From: Octopus bimaculoides | Lineage: Eukaryota | Length of the DNA stretch: 63,569 nucleotides | Reading direction: 5' to 3' | NCBI RefSeq assembly: GCF_001194135.2 | Contig: NC_068982.1 | Coordinates: forward strand, 13,580,880 to 13,644,448 | The notes under the pieces: model-generated | The model's input: the letters and a program-made list of their open reading frames with translations, nothing else | What the model was told of the DNA's origin: nothing | Database searches by the model: none | Shown: piece after piece, positions 1 through 12,340 of the stretch | Layout of the letters: each line of letters opens with the position of its first letter | Numbering within the stretch: the first letter of the stretch is position 1 | Made by a program: the position numbers and the translations under genes

Positions 1-228
1 TATATATATTTGTGTCTGTTTGTCACCCACTAATGTTTCTAGACAAAAGGTGTTGGTGTGTTTACATCTCCATAACCCAGCAGTTCAGCAAAAGAGACTG
101 AAAGAGCAAGCACCAGGCTTAAAAAAAAAAAATACTAAGCACTGCAGTCGATTCATTCAACTAACAATTCTTCAAGGTAGTGCTCCAGCTTGGCTACAGT
201 CTGAAAAACAAGACTGAAAGAAGTAAAA
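1..228 (+). mobile_element. SINE family A (tRNA-derived, CORE-like), 3' half
   Basis: Diverged match to the 3' half of the 611-1088 copy (GGTGTGTTTAC...GTGCTCCAGC...AAGTAAAAG). Confidence 0.75.
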
Positions 229-385
229 GTGGTTGGCATTAGGAATGGCATCCAGCCATAGTAACCATGCCAAAACAGACAACTGGAGCCTGGTGTAACT
301 CTCTGGTTTACCAGCTCAGGTAAAACCGTCCAACCCATGCCAGCATGGACAATGGTCGTTAAGGGATGATGATGATGATGATGAT
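229..385 (+). mobile_element. SINE family C (RTE-type tail), 3' part
   Basis: GTGGTTGGCATTAGGAA..GGCATCCAGC...GTCCAACCCATGCCAGCATGG followed by a (GAT)n tail. Confidence 0.85.
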
Positions 386-439
386 ACGCTTCTCTTCACT
401 CTATGTATGTTTTAAGCTTAGTTTCCTGTTTAGGCCATA

Positions 440-790
440 GTAATATTGTTTTCAGATCTTGGCACAAGGCCAGTCATTTCAGAAGAGGAGTTAAATTGAT
501 TATACTGATCGCAGTATATGACTGGTACTTATTTTATCAACCTCAAAAGCAATGAAAAGCAATGACCTCGGTAGAATTTGATCTCAGAACATAAAGGTGG
601 ACGAAATACTGCAGGAGTGGCTGTGTGGTAAGTAGCTTGCTAACCAACCACATGGTTCTGGGTTCAGTCCCACTGCGTGGCATTTTGGGCATGTGTCTTC
701 TACTATAGCCTCGGGCCGACCAAAGCCTTGTCAGTGGATTTGGTAGACAGAAACTGAAAGAAGCCTGTCATATATATGTATATATATATA

Positions 791-872
<82 letters not shown>

Positions 873-1130
873 TGTATATGTTTCTGTGTCTGTGTTTGTT
901 CCCCCAACATCGCTTGGCAACCAATGCTGGTGTGTTTTCGTCCCCGTAACTTAGCGGTTCGTCAAAAAGAGACCAAAGGAATAAGTACTAGGCTTATAAA
1001 GAATTAGTCCTGGGATCGATTTGCTCGACTAAAGGTGGTGCTCCAGCATGGCCACAGCCAAACGACTGAAACAAGTAAAAGAGTAAAGTGTTTTGCTCTG
1101 CATGCTAACGGTTCTACCAACTCCCTGCCT
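440..1130 (-). mobile_element. SINE family B copy split by the family A insertion at 611-1088
   Basis: 440-610 and 1089-1130 are contiguous parts of the family B reverse complement (…GAACATAAAG..GACGAAATACT | …GCTAACGGTTCT…). Confidence 0.75.
611..1088 (+). mobile_element. SINE family A, full length (tRNA head, CORE-like domain, internal TA/TG microsatellite, AAGAGT tail)
   Basis: A-box-like TGGCTGTGTGG, B-box-like GGTTCAGTCC, GGCA..TTGGGCA CORE-like segment; about 12 copies in the window. Resembles the octopus OR-type CORE-SINEs (from memory). Confidence 0.9.
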
Positions 1131-1282
1131 TGTCCATTGAAATATTTTATTAACTCAGCGTTGCAAAGTAAGGATACACTCATCAGTTAAGCAGAAACCC
1201 TGAGTGATTGATGGTAACCTGAACCACCTCATAGCATCTGTTTACAGCTAGGTGGACTTAGACACGGAGAGCTGTTGCTTTC

Positions 1283-1490
1283 TTTCAAATCAAGTCAACC
1301 CTGATGGAGCAGACTTATAATCAAACGTATTCTAGATTCAACAATCTCATCTGTTCCATATATCTGAGATTATATTATCCAATGTGTTCTTCCTGTTTTA
1401 AAAGACGGAAGTGTATGATCTGAGTGAGATTTAGTTCTAGTTTCTAGCATGTCACCTAATCACATAGAGACTTCTTTGGCAGATTGTGAA
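1283..1490 (+). repeat. Old dispersed repeat (family F, unclassified)
   Basis: GTCAACCCTGAT.GAGCAGAC.TAT.ATCAAA...GAGATTT.G...TTTCTAGCA; diverged copies near 7830-8020, 13840-13980, 24380-24530, 25150-25240 and (reverse) 14100-14290, 33860-34005. Confidence 0.6.
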
Positions 1491-1781
1491 CAGTGAGGTA
1501 AATAATAATCAAGCATCGTATACGCACCTCGCCCAAAGTGATCTGACACAAAACATAGCAGACCTGTATCTTTATATTCATATAAAATATTTATATTAAA
1601 AATAACCTATGAATATTTTACTCATAATTTTTTGAAAGATTAAAGCCGTAAATAAAACTCAACACTTGGTATTTAATTTAAATATATTACATGACTTTTA
1701 TCATGAAAGATGTTTTACTACAATATGATCTCCTCGCTCTGTCTTTCTTTCTCTTTCCATATATACATATATGTGTGTGTG

Positions 1782-1813
<32 letters not shown>

Positions 1814-2529
1814 CGCACATATATATACACATACACACTCACATACACACACATATAACATTATCTAATTTGAATATTTTCTTCTGCAATCATAAATGAG
1901 TGAGTGTAACTTTAATGGCTGACAATTATATTTAGATGGAAACTAGGCAACCAGATATCAAACTACCATCATAAAATTAATGAAAAATATTGGCAAAAAA
2001 GATTTGATAGACATCATATTTATTTCATCACATCCTCTAACAATCAATAGGTCAGTATATTTGGTATCTGAAATCAATCTGGTGGAAATATTCTCATATA
2101 TGTTGCTTAAGAAGCAGAAGAGGTTTACACATAAATATCGCATAAATACCACATACAAGTGTATAATCATAGGACACAAAAGAGAGACAGACAAGGAATG
2201 TAGCCCCTTTCGAAAAATATGCAAAATTCAATATTCAATATATAACTGGTCTGAAAATATAATTTGTATTCTCGCATTCATAGCTAGGTGGTGGGGGTTT
2301 GATAGGTTGGGAAAATCTCCGCCTTAGGCTGTGTATGTGCATAAAATATACATAGACGTTTTGTGTACATGCAAATATGAATACAACAGGTAGATAATGC
2401 CGGATCCATTTTAATTATTCAGTACTCTTTTCAGTCGAAATCTTGGCTACACCCATGATTCTGTTCATATTTAAAACTGATGTCTATTTGCTATTATACG
2501 GAAAATATCGACATATGAAAAACGGTGTC

Positions 2530-2850
2530 ATGATTATTTCAATGACAGATATAGTATAAAATAATGGGAGAGTTTAGCCGAAATCACCATAACTGCCATC
2601 ATCACCCCACCCCCCATCATCATCATCATCATTACCACCACCACCACCACAACCACCACCACCGGCATCATTGTTGTCATCATCATCATCATCATTAGCG
2701 CCATCACCACCATCATCACCATCCCTATCGTTCCCACCTCCACCATAATGATCACCACTACCACCACCGTTGTCGTCATCATCGTCATCATCATCATCAT
2801 CATCACATCGTCACCACCACCACCACCACCACAACCACCGTCACTACCAC
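2530..2850. repeat. Degenerate (CAT)n/(CAC)n trinucleotide microsatellite
   Basis: Directly visible. Confidence 0.9.
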
Positions 2851-3089
2851 CGTTTATAGTTCGGCTTCCATGCTGGCATATGTTGAAGTGTTAGCATGAG
2901 AAAAGTAAATTGATGATTAAGCAATTATAATTCAAACTACAAACAAGTAACTATTAAATAAGCTTAATGCATTTATTGACAATATCAATAATACCACAAA
3001 AATTTATGTCACTTTTTAATCATTTTTCTTTTCCCCAGTAAAATGTAATGTTTGCATCTGGTACACCAATGTTAAACCAGGTACCTGAA

Positions 3090-3600
3090 ATATCTGAAAA
3101 TCGAATATAAATTTGTAAGGCATTGAATATATATATCTTTGAGCATATTCTCTGGAGTTTCTGCTCATTCTTTTTTTGTAGCTATATATTCCATATGATG
3201 CAAGTTCCTGGATTTTTTTTCATTAAAATGCTCATGATGACCCGTTTTTACAAGTTTTCTATTAACTTAAATCCAAGGACGGTGAGGGCCCCTGCAGCAT
3301 GGACATTTTCTTGCTTTTACATAAGAGCTTTTAATTATTTATGCAATATTCTTCAGATCATCCTTGTCGTGCTGACAAATCCATTGACAATCAGCCGAAC
3401 TAGATCCTTGCAAATGGAAAGCATAACTTTCTCCAAGCCAGGTTCTTCAGATAGTATGTTCTGTCCATAATGTTTTTGACTGACTTCTTTTCCACAAATA
3501 CAACACCAAAACCAGGACATTATCAGCACCATACATTCTTGTTGAAATTCTTCTCTTGTATGACATCAGATGTATATTTGACTGTCAGATCAAAGCAAAT
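3090..3600 (-). pseudogene. Degenerate Tc1-like transposase (DDE region)
   Basis: Manual minus-strand translation across frameshifts gives YGADNVLV (cf. HGGGSVMVWG), IMDRTYY (cf. GIMDQxxY), QWICQHDKD (cf. WIFQQDND) and PSPSLDL-LIENL* (cf. WPSQSPDLNPIENLW), in the correct order. Confidence 0.7.
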
Positions 3601-3619
3601 TAAATTTTGATTCATCAGA

Positions 3620-3790
3620 ATCATGCACCAACATCTAGCCAACATCTAGTTGGGCATTCTTTCTACTCCTTTGTTCCCTTCCTTATGCCCCCCCCCCCCC
3701 NNNNNNNNNNCCCCCCCACTGTACAAGAGTATTGGATGCCTTTTTCTCATGCCACCAGCACATGCAATGATCATCTTGTAACTGTGCAAG
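3620..3790 (-). mobile_element. SINE family C fragment, diverged
   Basis: GGATGCC.TT..T.ATGCCA..A.C motif of family C. Confidence 0.5.
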
Positions 3791-4109
3791 GTTAAGGGCC
3801 TATAGGGACTCCTATAACTGAGGGGGTGACTTTAGGGATGAGGGGTGACAGGTAAGAAAAGAGGACGGTGGGGGAAGGCAGGGAACAGGGGAGAGGGTAG
3901 AGATTAGTGACAGGGCTGAGAATGAGAGAAAGGGAGGAACAGAGTTGAAAATATGATTGGGTTGGGGTTGTCTAAGGGTCTTTAAATCTGGGGTTATACA
4001 GTTATAAAAGATGAATATGGACAGGAAGTGTGAGGGGAAGGGGACAGGAAGGTGAAGATCAGAGAGGGATGCAGAGAAATTCTGAGAGAGTCATCATCAT
4101 CAGTGTCAT

Positions 4110-4375
4110 CATCCTCATCATCATCATCATTATCAGCATCATCGTCATTTAAAGTCCATTTTTTCTTACTGACGTGGGTTGGATGGTTTAAAAGGAACTG
4201 CCAAGTTGGAAGGTTGGTTCAGGTTCCTGTTTTCTGCTCTGGCATGGTTTCTACAGCTTGATGCCCTTCTTAATGCCAACCACTTTGCAGAAATGTACTG
4301 GGTACTTTTTACATGGCAGTACCAGCATGGGCGCTCTCTATGGGACACCAGCTTGGGTACTTTTCATGTGGCACC
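4110..4375 (-). mobile_element. SINE family C
   Basis: (CAT)n tail at left, TTTCTACAGCTTGATGCCCTTCTTAATGCCAACCAC core. Confidence 0.85.
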
Positions 4376-4510
4376 AAGATCATACGCTGTTTATCTTGAT
4401 ATGAGATCACCATGTCGCACACATATGGTTGTGATGCATGTGCCTGGTGTACCCTCTTCAGACAGGTAGTCATAATGAGTAGATTGGGCTTCATATATTT
4501 AACCCCAGTA
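4375..4510 (+). mobile_element. Dispersed repeat family E fragment
   Basis: Reverse complement of part of 38276-38535 (CTGTTTATCTTGATA.GAGATCAC...CCTGGTGTACCC). Confidence 0.7.
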
Positions 4511-4549
4511 TACAGAAAGACAGGAAAAAAAAAATAATAATAATAATTA

Positions 4550-4760
4550 TTATTTTTGTAATTGGTACAAGGACATCAGTTTTGAGGGGAAGGGATTAGT
4601 CAATACTATAAATGCCAGAACTTGACTCCTACTTCATTTTATAGACCCTGAAAGAATGAAAAGCAAAATTGATTTCACAAATATTTGAACTCAGAATATA
4701 AAGAACTGGAATAGATAATACAAAACATTTTTCCCAAAGCACTAACGATTCTGCCAGTGT
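4550..4760 (-). mobile_element. SINE family B, diverged
   Basis: GACCCTGAAAGAATGAAAAGCAAA...TTTGAACTCAGAA...CTAACGATTCTGCCAG. Confidence 0.75.
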
Positions 4761-5187
4761 GACTATTACATTAAAAGCTATGATGCAACAGCATTTTTCT
4801 TTCATTTTCTCCATAAAACAGAATTTCAATGCTGATACTGCATACTAAACAAGCATGTAACTTTTAAAAAATATCTACTAAGTACAAAACATTGTGTTTT
4901 GTGTCACGCAAGAGAGCTGCCATCAAAAAACAGCCTCGTTGCTAAAAGTTAGGTGAAATATTCAAATTGCTTTTAAAAAGATGTGCTCAGAATATTTCTG
5001 CCTCTTTTGTAGTCAGTGACCAACATTGCAGCTTGCCATTTTGTTTTGTTGAATGAGAAAGAAGTGATACACCAAGAAGTTTCATACAGTGACAAGCTAT
5101 GAGCTGACGGAGATAGCCAATAGGTGGTCAATCCACTTACTACAAATAGCAGCCAACTCTCCTCCAAACTACTTCCTACAGCTTTCA

Positions 5188-5643
5188 CTCTTTTGATACC
5201 AACCTGCCCCAGTCATCATTATCATCGTCATCATCATCGTCATCGTCATCACTTAATACCCATTTTCAATGCTGGCAAGGGTTGGACAGATTGACAGGAG
5301 CTAGCAAGGCCAGGGGTTGTTCCAGGTTCCATAGTTTATTTTGACATGGTTTCTATAGCTGGCTGACCCCACTTTACAGAGTGTACTGGGTGCTTTTTGC
5401 ATAGCACCACCACCAGTGTTTTTCTTTTCTTTTTGCGTGGCACCAGAACCCACACTGATTCTTTTGATGTGGAACCTTAATTTTAGGTGGTCTAAGTGAT
5501 CTAAATAAGACCTTGCATCAAAATTTCCTGTTAAATTATGTTTCAAGGACCAGCACAAAGTTATTTTACTAAATTCTTCATTATTTCAAAATGAAATGAA
5601 ACAAAAAGCCATGTATTCCATGGGGAATACGGTAATGAAAGGT
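5188..5643. mobile_element. piggyBac-type MITE interrupted by SINE family C (5213-5460)
   Basis: Left end CTCTTTTGATACCA after TTCA, right end GGTAATGAAAGGT before TTAA; internal match (AAGTTATTTTACTAAATTCTT) to the MITEs at 55026-55484. Confidence 0.6.
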
Positions 5644-5775
5644 TTAAATGAGATAAAAATACATTAGCTAATGTAAGGTCAATGGATCTTTGTGGATTTC
5701 AGTGATGAGTATTTAGTAGTTTTGATCTACCAACTTGTTGAATTGGTATGTAAAGATCTGAAGATTCCACAGAGA

Positions 5776-6288
5776 TACTCTTTTACTTGTTTCAGTCATT
5801 TGACTGTGGCCATGCTGGAGCACCACCTTTAGTTGAGAAAATCGACCCCAGGACTTATTCTTTGTAAACCTAGTACTTATTCTATTGGTCTCTATTTGCC
5901 GAACCGCTGAGTTATGGGGACGTAAGCACACCAGCATCAGTTGTCAAGTGATGGTGGGGGGACAAACACACAAATACACAGACATATATATGTATATATA
6001 TATATATATATACGACAGGCTTCTTTCAGTTTCCGTCTACCANNNNNNNNNNGTCAAGTGATGGTGGGGGGACAAACACACAAATACACAGACATATATA
6101 TGTATATATATATATATATATATACGACAGGCTTCTTTCAGTTTCCGTCTACCAAATCCATTCACAAGGCTTTGGTCGGCCCAAGGCTATAGTAGAAGAC
6201 ACTTGCCCAAGGTGCCATGCAGTGGGACTGAACCCGGAACCATGTGGTTGGTTAGCAAGCTACTTACCACACAGCCACTCGTGCGCCT
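5776..6288 (-). mobile_element. SINE family A, full length (segment duplicated across a 10-N gap)
   Basis: Reverse complement of the 611-1088 consensus. Confidence 0.9.
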
Positions 6289-8884
6289 ATATATGTAACT
6301 TTAATGTAATTCTCAAGTAGAAACAGCAAAACATAGTGTGTGATTATGTTAGACATTTGAATTATGGGTACAACACATCTAACATGCTTTTTTATGTAGT
6401 TTTTCTATCTGTTTTCACTCACAAGACTTGGGTTAATTCAAAACAATTGGAAAGGGACTTACCTAAGATTCTATGCAGTGAGAACTTGTAATTGTGAAGT
6501 ACACTTCTTAATCATTTAGTGAGTCTGTTAAATAATTTAGTTCTAGAAAATACCACTTCCAAGAAGGTATGATCATGACTGAAATAAATTTGATCATAAG
6601 ATCGATTCTGTGGGGTTGACCTGGACTACTCAATAACAATAGTAAGAAAGATGAGAACTTAAAAACAACTAGAGTGTTGCTTGGCAGTTGTCATGGTGGG
6701 AGCTGCTGCTGTTATTGAGTTGAAGGAAAATATATTTCTTGGGCTGTGGGAAGAAATGACTGACAACACCCATTAACAATTAACAGATATTTTATTACTA
6801 CACAGAATTTGAACTGTGTTGGTCTTTTACAAATAATAACAGTAATAATTACATACAGAGTGAGGCTTGGAGTTTACAACAAGTTTACTGATATAGCAAT
6901 CTGTGGCTGGCCTAATCATAACTGGGAAATAATTGTGTTGTATTCATGGTGACAAAAATTACTGTCTGCTATCTGCCATCTGTTTTAATCAGTTGGCTGT
7001 GGAGATGAGAATGGAGACACAATGTGTGGCTGCCTCAACCTTCTACCATCACCACCAATACCCACCTTTGTACCAGAGAAATTTCTAGAAAATTGAATCA
7101 TGTGATGGTTTGATGCTGATTGGTTACTTAATAAACCAATCATATGAAACCACTGTGGTTTGATCGTGTTGTCTGCTCAATTACTTTACAGTTCAGTTTT
7201 GAATCACCACTACAAGACCAATATTTCATTGAAACTGTCACTTATTACAAAAATAGAGTTAAAAGAAGGAGGATTATTATTTTTCAAATAGCTTTTACAG
7301 TAAAAAAAAATAAAATTCCCAACTTAATATATGAAGGATTTCTGATTTCATTTTTTTTTAAATGGGTAAATCTGGCTAAATATAACCAATGTTAAAAGCA
7401 AAAGATTGACTAGCAGGTATACACAGAAAAAAAAATTGCAAAGAATTGATAGATGATAGAATAGTTGTAGCTAATGGAATGAGGATTGGGAGAGAATGAT
7501 TAGAACTGACAGTTATGATAAATAAAGCGAGGAGAGGAATAGTTCTGAGACTGCTCTGTACAACAAGGAGGTTTGCATGCCAAACTTTGTCAAAACATTA
7601 TTAATATCAAAAGCTATGAATATGCTTTCATTATAGTCTTTGAAAGCATTTACGTATTACACAGAAAAGTAAGACACCAGGGGATCTGACTTTGTGAAAG
7701 CTGTATTGATGGTTGCTATGGTTACTTTTTCAAAGCTATATACTAATAGTTGCTATGGGTTGTTTCATCTATCTTGAAATAATTTGCAATTCTTAAATGA
7801 ATAACGGAAGCATATTAGATTGAGATGTTGTTTAGCCCTAGGTCGACCCCTTGAAGTAGGCTTACACTCAAACGCATTCCAGCCATAATCATCTCATCAG
7901 TTTCTATTCAAGGGTTACATTCTTCAATGATTTTTTTTTCTTATTTAAGACAGTAGTGTATGATTTGAATGAGATTTAGCCACTGTTTCTTGCATGTCAA
8001 ATGACCAAGTAGAAGGATGAAATAAACAGGCAATCCCTGATATAAGACCAAAATAAAATTCAAATAGAAACCAGAATAACAATATAAAATGCAAACACAA
8101 ATGGCTTTTAATTTTCTAAAGAAGTACATAATAATGCATCAAATATGTATAATTATATTGATTTTTTTAGGTATAAAACATGTCCTATTAAATATCATTT
8201 AATGTACACAGAATAAAGATAAGAGCTACTAATAGTTTCATGCTGTGAAGGCATGTGTCTTGGCAGGTTTTTATAACTCAGCTTGTGTCTCTAAGCAATC
8301 TCCGAGCTCTGAGCACATGGTCTATTCAATCTGCAAATTAGGATACTGGTACTAGAGAAATCACAAGAAAAAAAAGATGAGAAGGTAGATGCAAAAAGTG
8401 GAAGGGTGAATAAAAATGGAAAAAGAAAAAGATTACAGTTATGTCCCCTCTGACCATCCATAGTTAAACTGGTTGTTATAGAATAATTCAATAGAAAGGA
8501 GTCCAAAATATGTGTAACTTGAAAGCAAGAAACTATCAATAGCTTGTATCTTTATACTTTGTACATTAAATGAGATTTAACTCTCACTGGATGGAGTTCA
8601 TTTTTTGTTGATCTTAACTTAACGGAGCAGTAAGCTCATTGTATAAAATATTTAATTGCAGGATAACATTTAAGAATAGTTTTATTTACATTTCCTACTG
8701 GTTAACAGAAAATACAACTCATGCAAACTAGATCAGCCATCATATCATACAAGGCTCCAATTTTGACATGAAAAATAATGCAGAGAAATAAAAAGAAAAA
8801 AATGTAAAAAAAAAAACACAGAAATGATAAATATTATAAATAAACTCAATATTTGTACTTGGTTGTCTGAGTCACTTTGTGAAA

Positions 8885-9590
8885 TGGAGGCCTGAATCAA
8901 TGTTAATGGTTACATAGTAAGGCTCATTCCTGTTAAGAATGGTGTCAAGCAAGGTGACATCTTTGCTCTAACTCTCTTTTCCTAGTATTTTGCCATTACT
9001 CTCACTCATGCTTTTGTCATACATCACTCTTCTGGGGTTTATGTGAGGTGGCAATCTTCAGGTCGTCTCTTCAACTTGCGTTGAGTTGCTGCCAATGCAA
9101 AAGTTTGTCAATCTCTTATTTGCAACCTCTTTATGTGGATGATTGCAAATTAGTTGCTGAAACACTTGAGGATATGCAAATTTTCATGGATCATATTTCT
9201 GCATCTTGCAAAACATTTGAACTTAGCATTGGCTTGGGTAAAACTGTTACAATGTTCTAACTGGCACCAAGAAACTATATGAGAACCCAATTTTCTTAGT
9301 TGAAGGAACCGTAATGAAAGTGATGAACAAGTTTGTCTATATGGGCAACACTCCCAACCACACTAGCATAGCTAGAGAGTGGGGTGCGGGCAGGCCGCTC
9401 CAGGCGGCACTTTTCATCCTGTTGTAGGCTATTGCTGTAGGCAATAGGTATTTTTTGCAGGGTCTGTGGGTGGCAAACGGAAGGGCCATCCCAGATAACG
9501 GCACACACTCTAGCTACACTAGTGCTCAGCCATTCCCACTTTTTCGATGAGGAAATATCTTTAAGGTTTCAATAGGCAACTGATTATTTC
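8885..9590 (+). pseudogene. RTE-clade LINE reverse transcriptase fragment, interrupted by a hAT MITE
   Basis: NGVKQGDIFALTLFS* (cf. NGVKQGCVLAPTLF), LYVDDCKLVAETLEDMQ (cf. LFADDCAL), FELSIGLGKT, KFVYMGNT; resumes after the MITE as LSHSHFFDEEISLRFQ*A. Confidence 0.85.
9361..9524. mobile_element. hAT-type MITE
   Basis: TIRs CACTAGCATAGCTAGAG / CTCTAGCTACACTAGTG; 8-bp flanks CCCAACCA and CTCAGCCA (6/8 identical). Confidence 0.7.
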
Positions 9591-9717
9591 AGTTCTCTTG
9601 AGTCTTGTATGAACATGAGTCTTGAGTCAACATGGCATCATAAGGTAAACAAGGCAAAAAAAGTTTGTGTGTACTATGCATGAGTGCTGACGTGACTCGT
9701 TTACTCATGCGAAGACT

Positions 9718-10030
<313 letters not shown>

Positions 10031-10739
10031 TGAATATTTTTGGGAAAATCTTTTTGTTCCTTACCAATCATAAAACATAGCTCATCCATCCAAACAGCCA
10101 GATGGACATTAATTGTCACTTAATCCAAAAAAACTGAAAGAAAAAAAAACGGTAAAAAAAGACAAAAACAACCACAATGAAGAAATAAATAAAAAAAGAA
10201 CAAGAAAGCAATTCATGTAAACAAACTTTTATCATTTATAGCATTTCGCTCTTTGCTCGACCAATGCATTCGAATATGAATGAGTTACCAAATGGAGTTT
10301 TATAGCATCAAATGGATGCCATTCATTAGAGTCCATTAATTGGAAGCATTATCAAGATTTCTATACCATTCAATTTCATCTGTCAAGCAAAGGATATATA
10401 TATATGTATCATGGTGGTGCTCCAGCATGACCACAGCCACTTGGCTGAAACGCATAAATAAATAAATAAATAAATAAATAAATATCTTCCCACTCTCAAT
10501 CCATCTATGTAATGTTTCTAGAAATTAATGAATTGGTGTCTTCCTTTTTTTTTCTGTTTTGATTTGATTTATTTTATTTTATTTTATTTTCATTTAGACT
10601 TTAAGACCAGATTTGATTTCTATTCAAATGTTAGTCTGAGAATTTCTTTGAGAATGTAAAAAAAAAAAAAAAAAATTCTTGTTTGTTTTTGCTGATGATG
10701 GTGGATAACTGATGTTGCTTTTCTTTTGTTTGTTGGGGC

Positions 10740-10950
10740 TTCATGGCTAGGGAGTTGGACTTATAATTGTAAGATTGGGGTTTTGATTACTGCACCAGGT
10801 GATACATTGAGTCTTTGAGCAAATACATCATTTCATATTGCTCCAGCAGGCAAAACTGAGTCGTACCAGTAATAAACTCACTCTTCATCCAATAGGTTGA
10901 GGGTAGGATTAGTATATGTGCCAGGAAATCTGTGAAACTGACCCTAGGAG
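10740..10950 (+). mobile_element. SINE family D, degenerate
   Basis: tRNA-like head then CTTTGAGCAAATAC..CATTTCATATTGCTCCAG as in 26741-27045. Confidence 0.5.
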
Positions 10951-11144
10951 ACAATTTGACTGGGGAAAGAGCTTTATCCTGGTCCTTTTCTTTTGTTTTA
11001 GTAACTAACAGTGGGTTTCGATGCCCTAGTTTTCTTTTTCTTTTTTCCAGCATTTGTCACTGAATTAGAAGGTTGTAAAAGGTAAGACATCCATGATTGG
11101 TTCTGCTTGCTTAGGTAAGAGATGATTGATATATATGTGTGTGT

Positions 11145-11635
11145 GTGGCCAATGGCAGTACTACCTGATTGGCACTTGTGCCGGTGGAATGTTAAAAGCA
11201 CCATCTGAGCGTGATAGTTGCCAGGGCCAGAGATTGGCTCCCATGCTGGAGGCACATAAAAAGTACCATTCAAGCATGATTGTTGCCAGCATCACCTTAC
11301 TGGCACATGTGCCGGTGGCACACGAAAAACAACATTTGAGCATGGTTGTTGCCAGTGCTGCTGGACTGGCTCCCATGCAGGTAGCATCTAAAAAACACCT
11401 TTTGAGTGTGGACGTTGCCAGAACCATCTGACTGGCTCTCATGCCAGTGGTACTTGAAAGCACCCACTACACTCTCAGAGTGGTTGGCATTAGGAAAGGC
11501 ATCCAGCTGTAGAAACTTTGCCAAATCAGATTGGAGCCTGGTGCAGCCTTCTGGCTTGCCAGTCCTCAGTCAAACCATCCAACCCATGCCAGTATGGAAA
11601 ACGGATGTTAAACGACGATGATGACGATGATGATA
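11145..11635 (+). mobile_element. SINE family C with internal repeat units
   Basis: Repeated GGCAC.T.AAAAGCACCATC.GAGC units, GTGGTTGGCATTAGGAAAGGCATCCAGCTGTAGAAAC core, (GAT)n tail. Confidence 0.9.
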
Positions 11636-11701
11636 TATATATATATATATATATANNNNNNNNNNNNNNNNNNNNNNNNNNNNNNNNNATATAAAAATAT
11701 A

Positions 11702-12082
11702 CAAGGTGCAGTGAATATATTGTCTAAAGTACGCAAAAATTAAAATAACACTTACATCTCATTTTAACAGATATATTTACCAAAATTACATACAAATATC
11801 TTGAAATATGAAAGACTAAATATATTCAATAGAATCACCACCAGCTTCAACCATGGCCTCCAGACGACTTTGGAATCTTCTGCAACTCTTCTCGATGGTC
11901 TCGTTGGTGAATGCTGCTGTAATACTTGCCTTCAGCTCATCTTTGGTGTTACAAGGGGTTTTGTTGGTCTCTCGCTCAGTTGTGACCCACAAATAATAAA
12001 CAAGGGGGTTATAGTCTGGTGAGTTAGGTGGCCGGATTTTAGGGATGATGTGGTCACAGAAATTATCTCACAGCCATGACTG
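11702..12082 (-). pseudogene. maT/DD37D-like Tc1/mariner transposase C-terminus and right end
   Basis: Minus translation SWL*DNFCDHIIPKIRPPNSPDYNPLVYYLWVTTERETNKTPCNTKDELKASITAAFTNETIEKSCRRFQSRLEAMVEAGGDSIE (cf. WPPNSPDLNPLDY); terminus flanked by TA at 11700-11701. Confidence 0.85.
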
Positions 12083-12243
12083 GTGTCTTGGGGAAATTCT
12101 CATTTCTAAGGTATTTTTCGATGTTAACCACTATGCCATATGACCAGAATAATAATAATAATAATAACAATAATAATAATAATAATAATAATAACATTGA
12201 AAAATACCTTAGGAATGAGAACCCAGGTTCAAAATTTCCCCAA

Positions 12244-12287
12244 GACACCTGATGAAGGCTGGAGGGTATATCAGCCGAAACATTGTT
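12244..12287 (+). ncRNA. Minimal type I hammerhead ribozyme motif (PLE type), stems I and III decayed
   Basis: GACAC-CTGATGA-A-GGCTGG[AGGGTATA]TCAGCC-GAA-ACAT-T-GTT. Confidence 0.6.
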
Positions 12288-12340
12288 AACAACAAACAAG
12301 ATGAGGACAAATATCTGTCAAATGTAAATAATGTAAATTA

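Noticed and set aside
1958-2327. Overlapping 88-aa and 115-aa ORFs
   Set aside because: No motifs or coding-like composition; expected by chance in AT-rich sequence.
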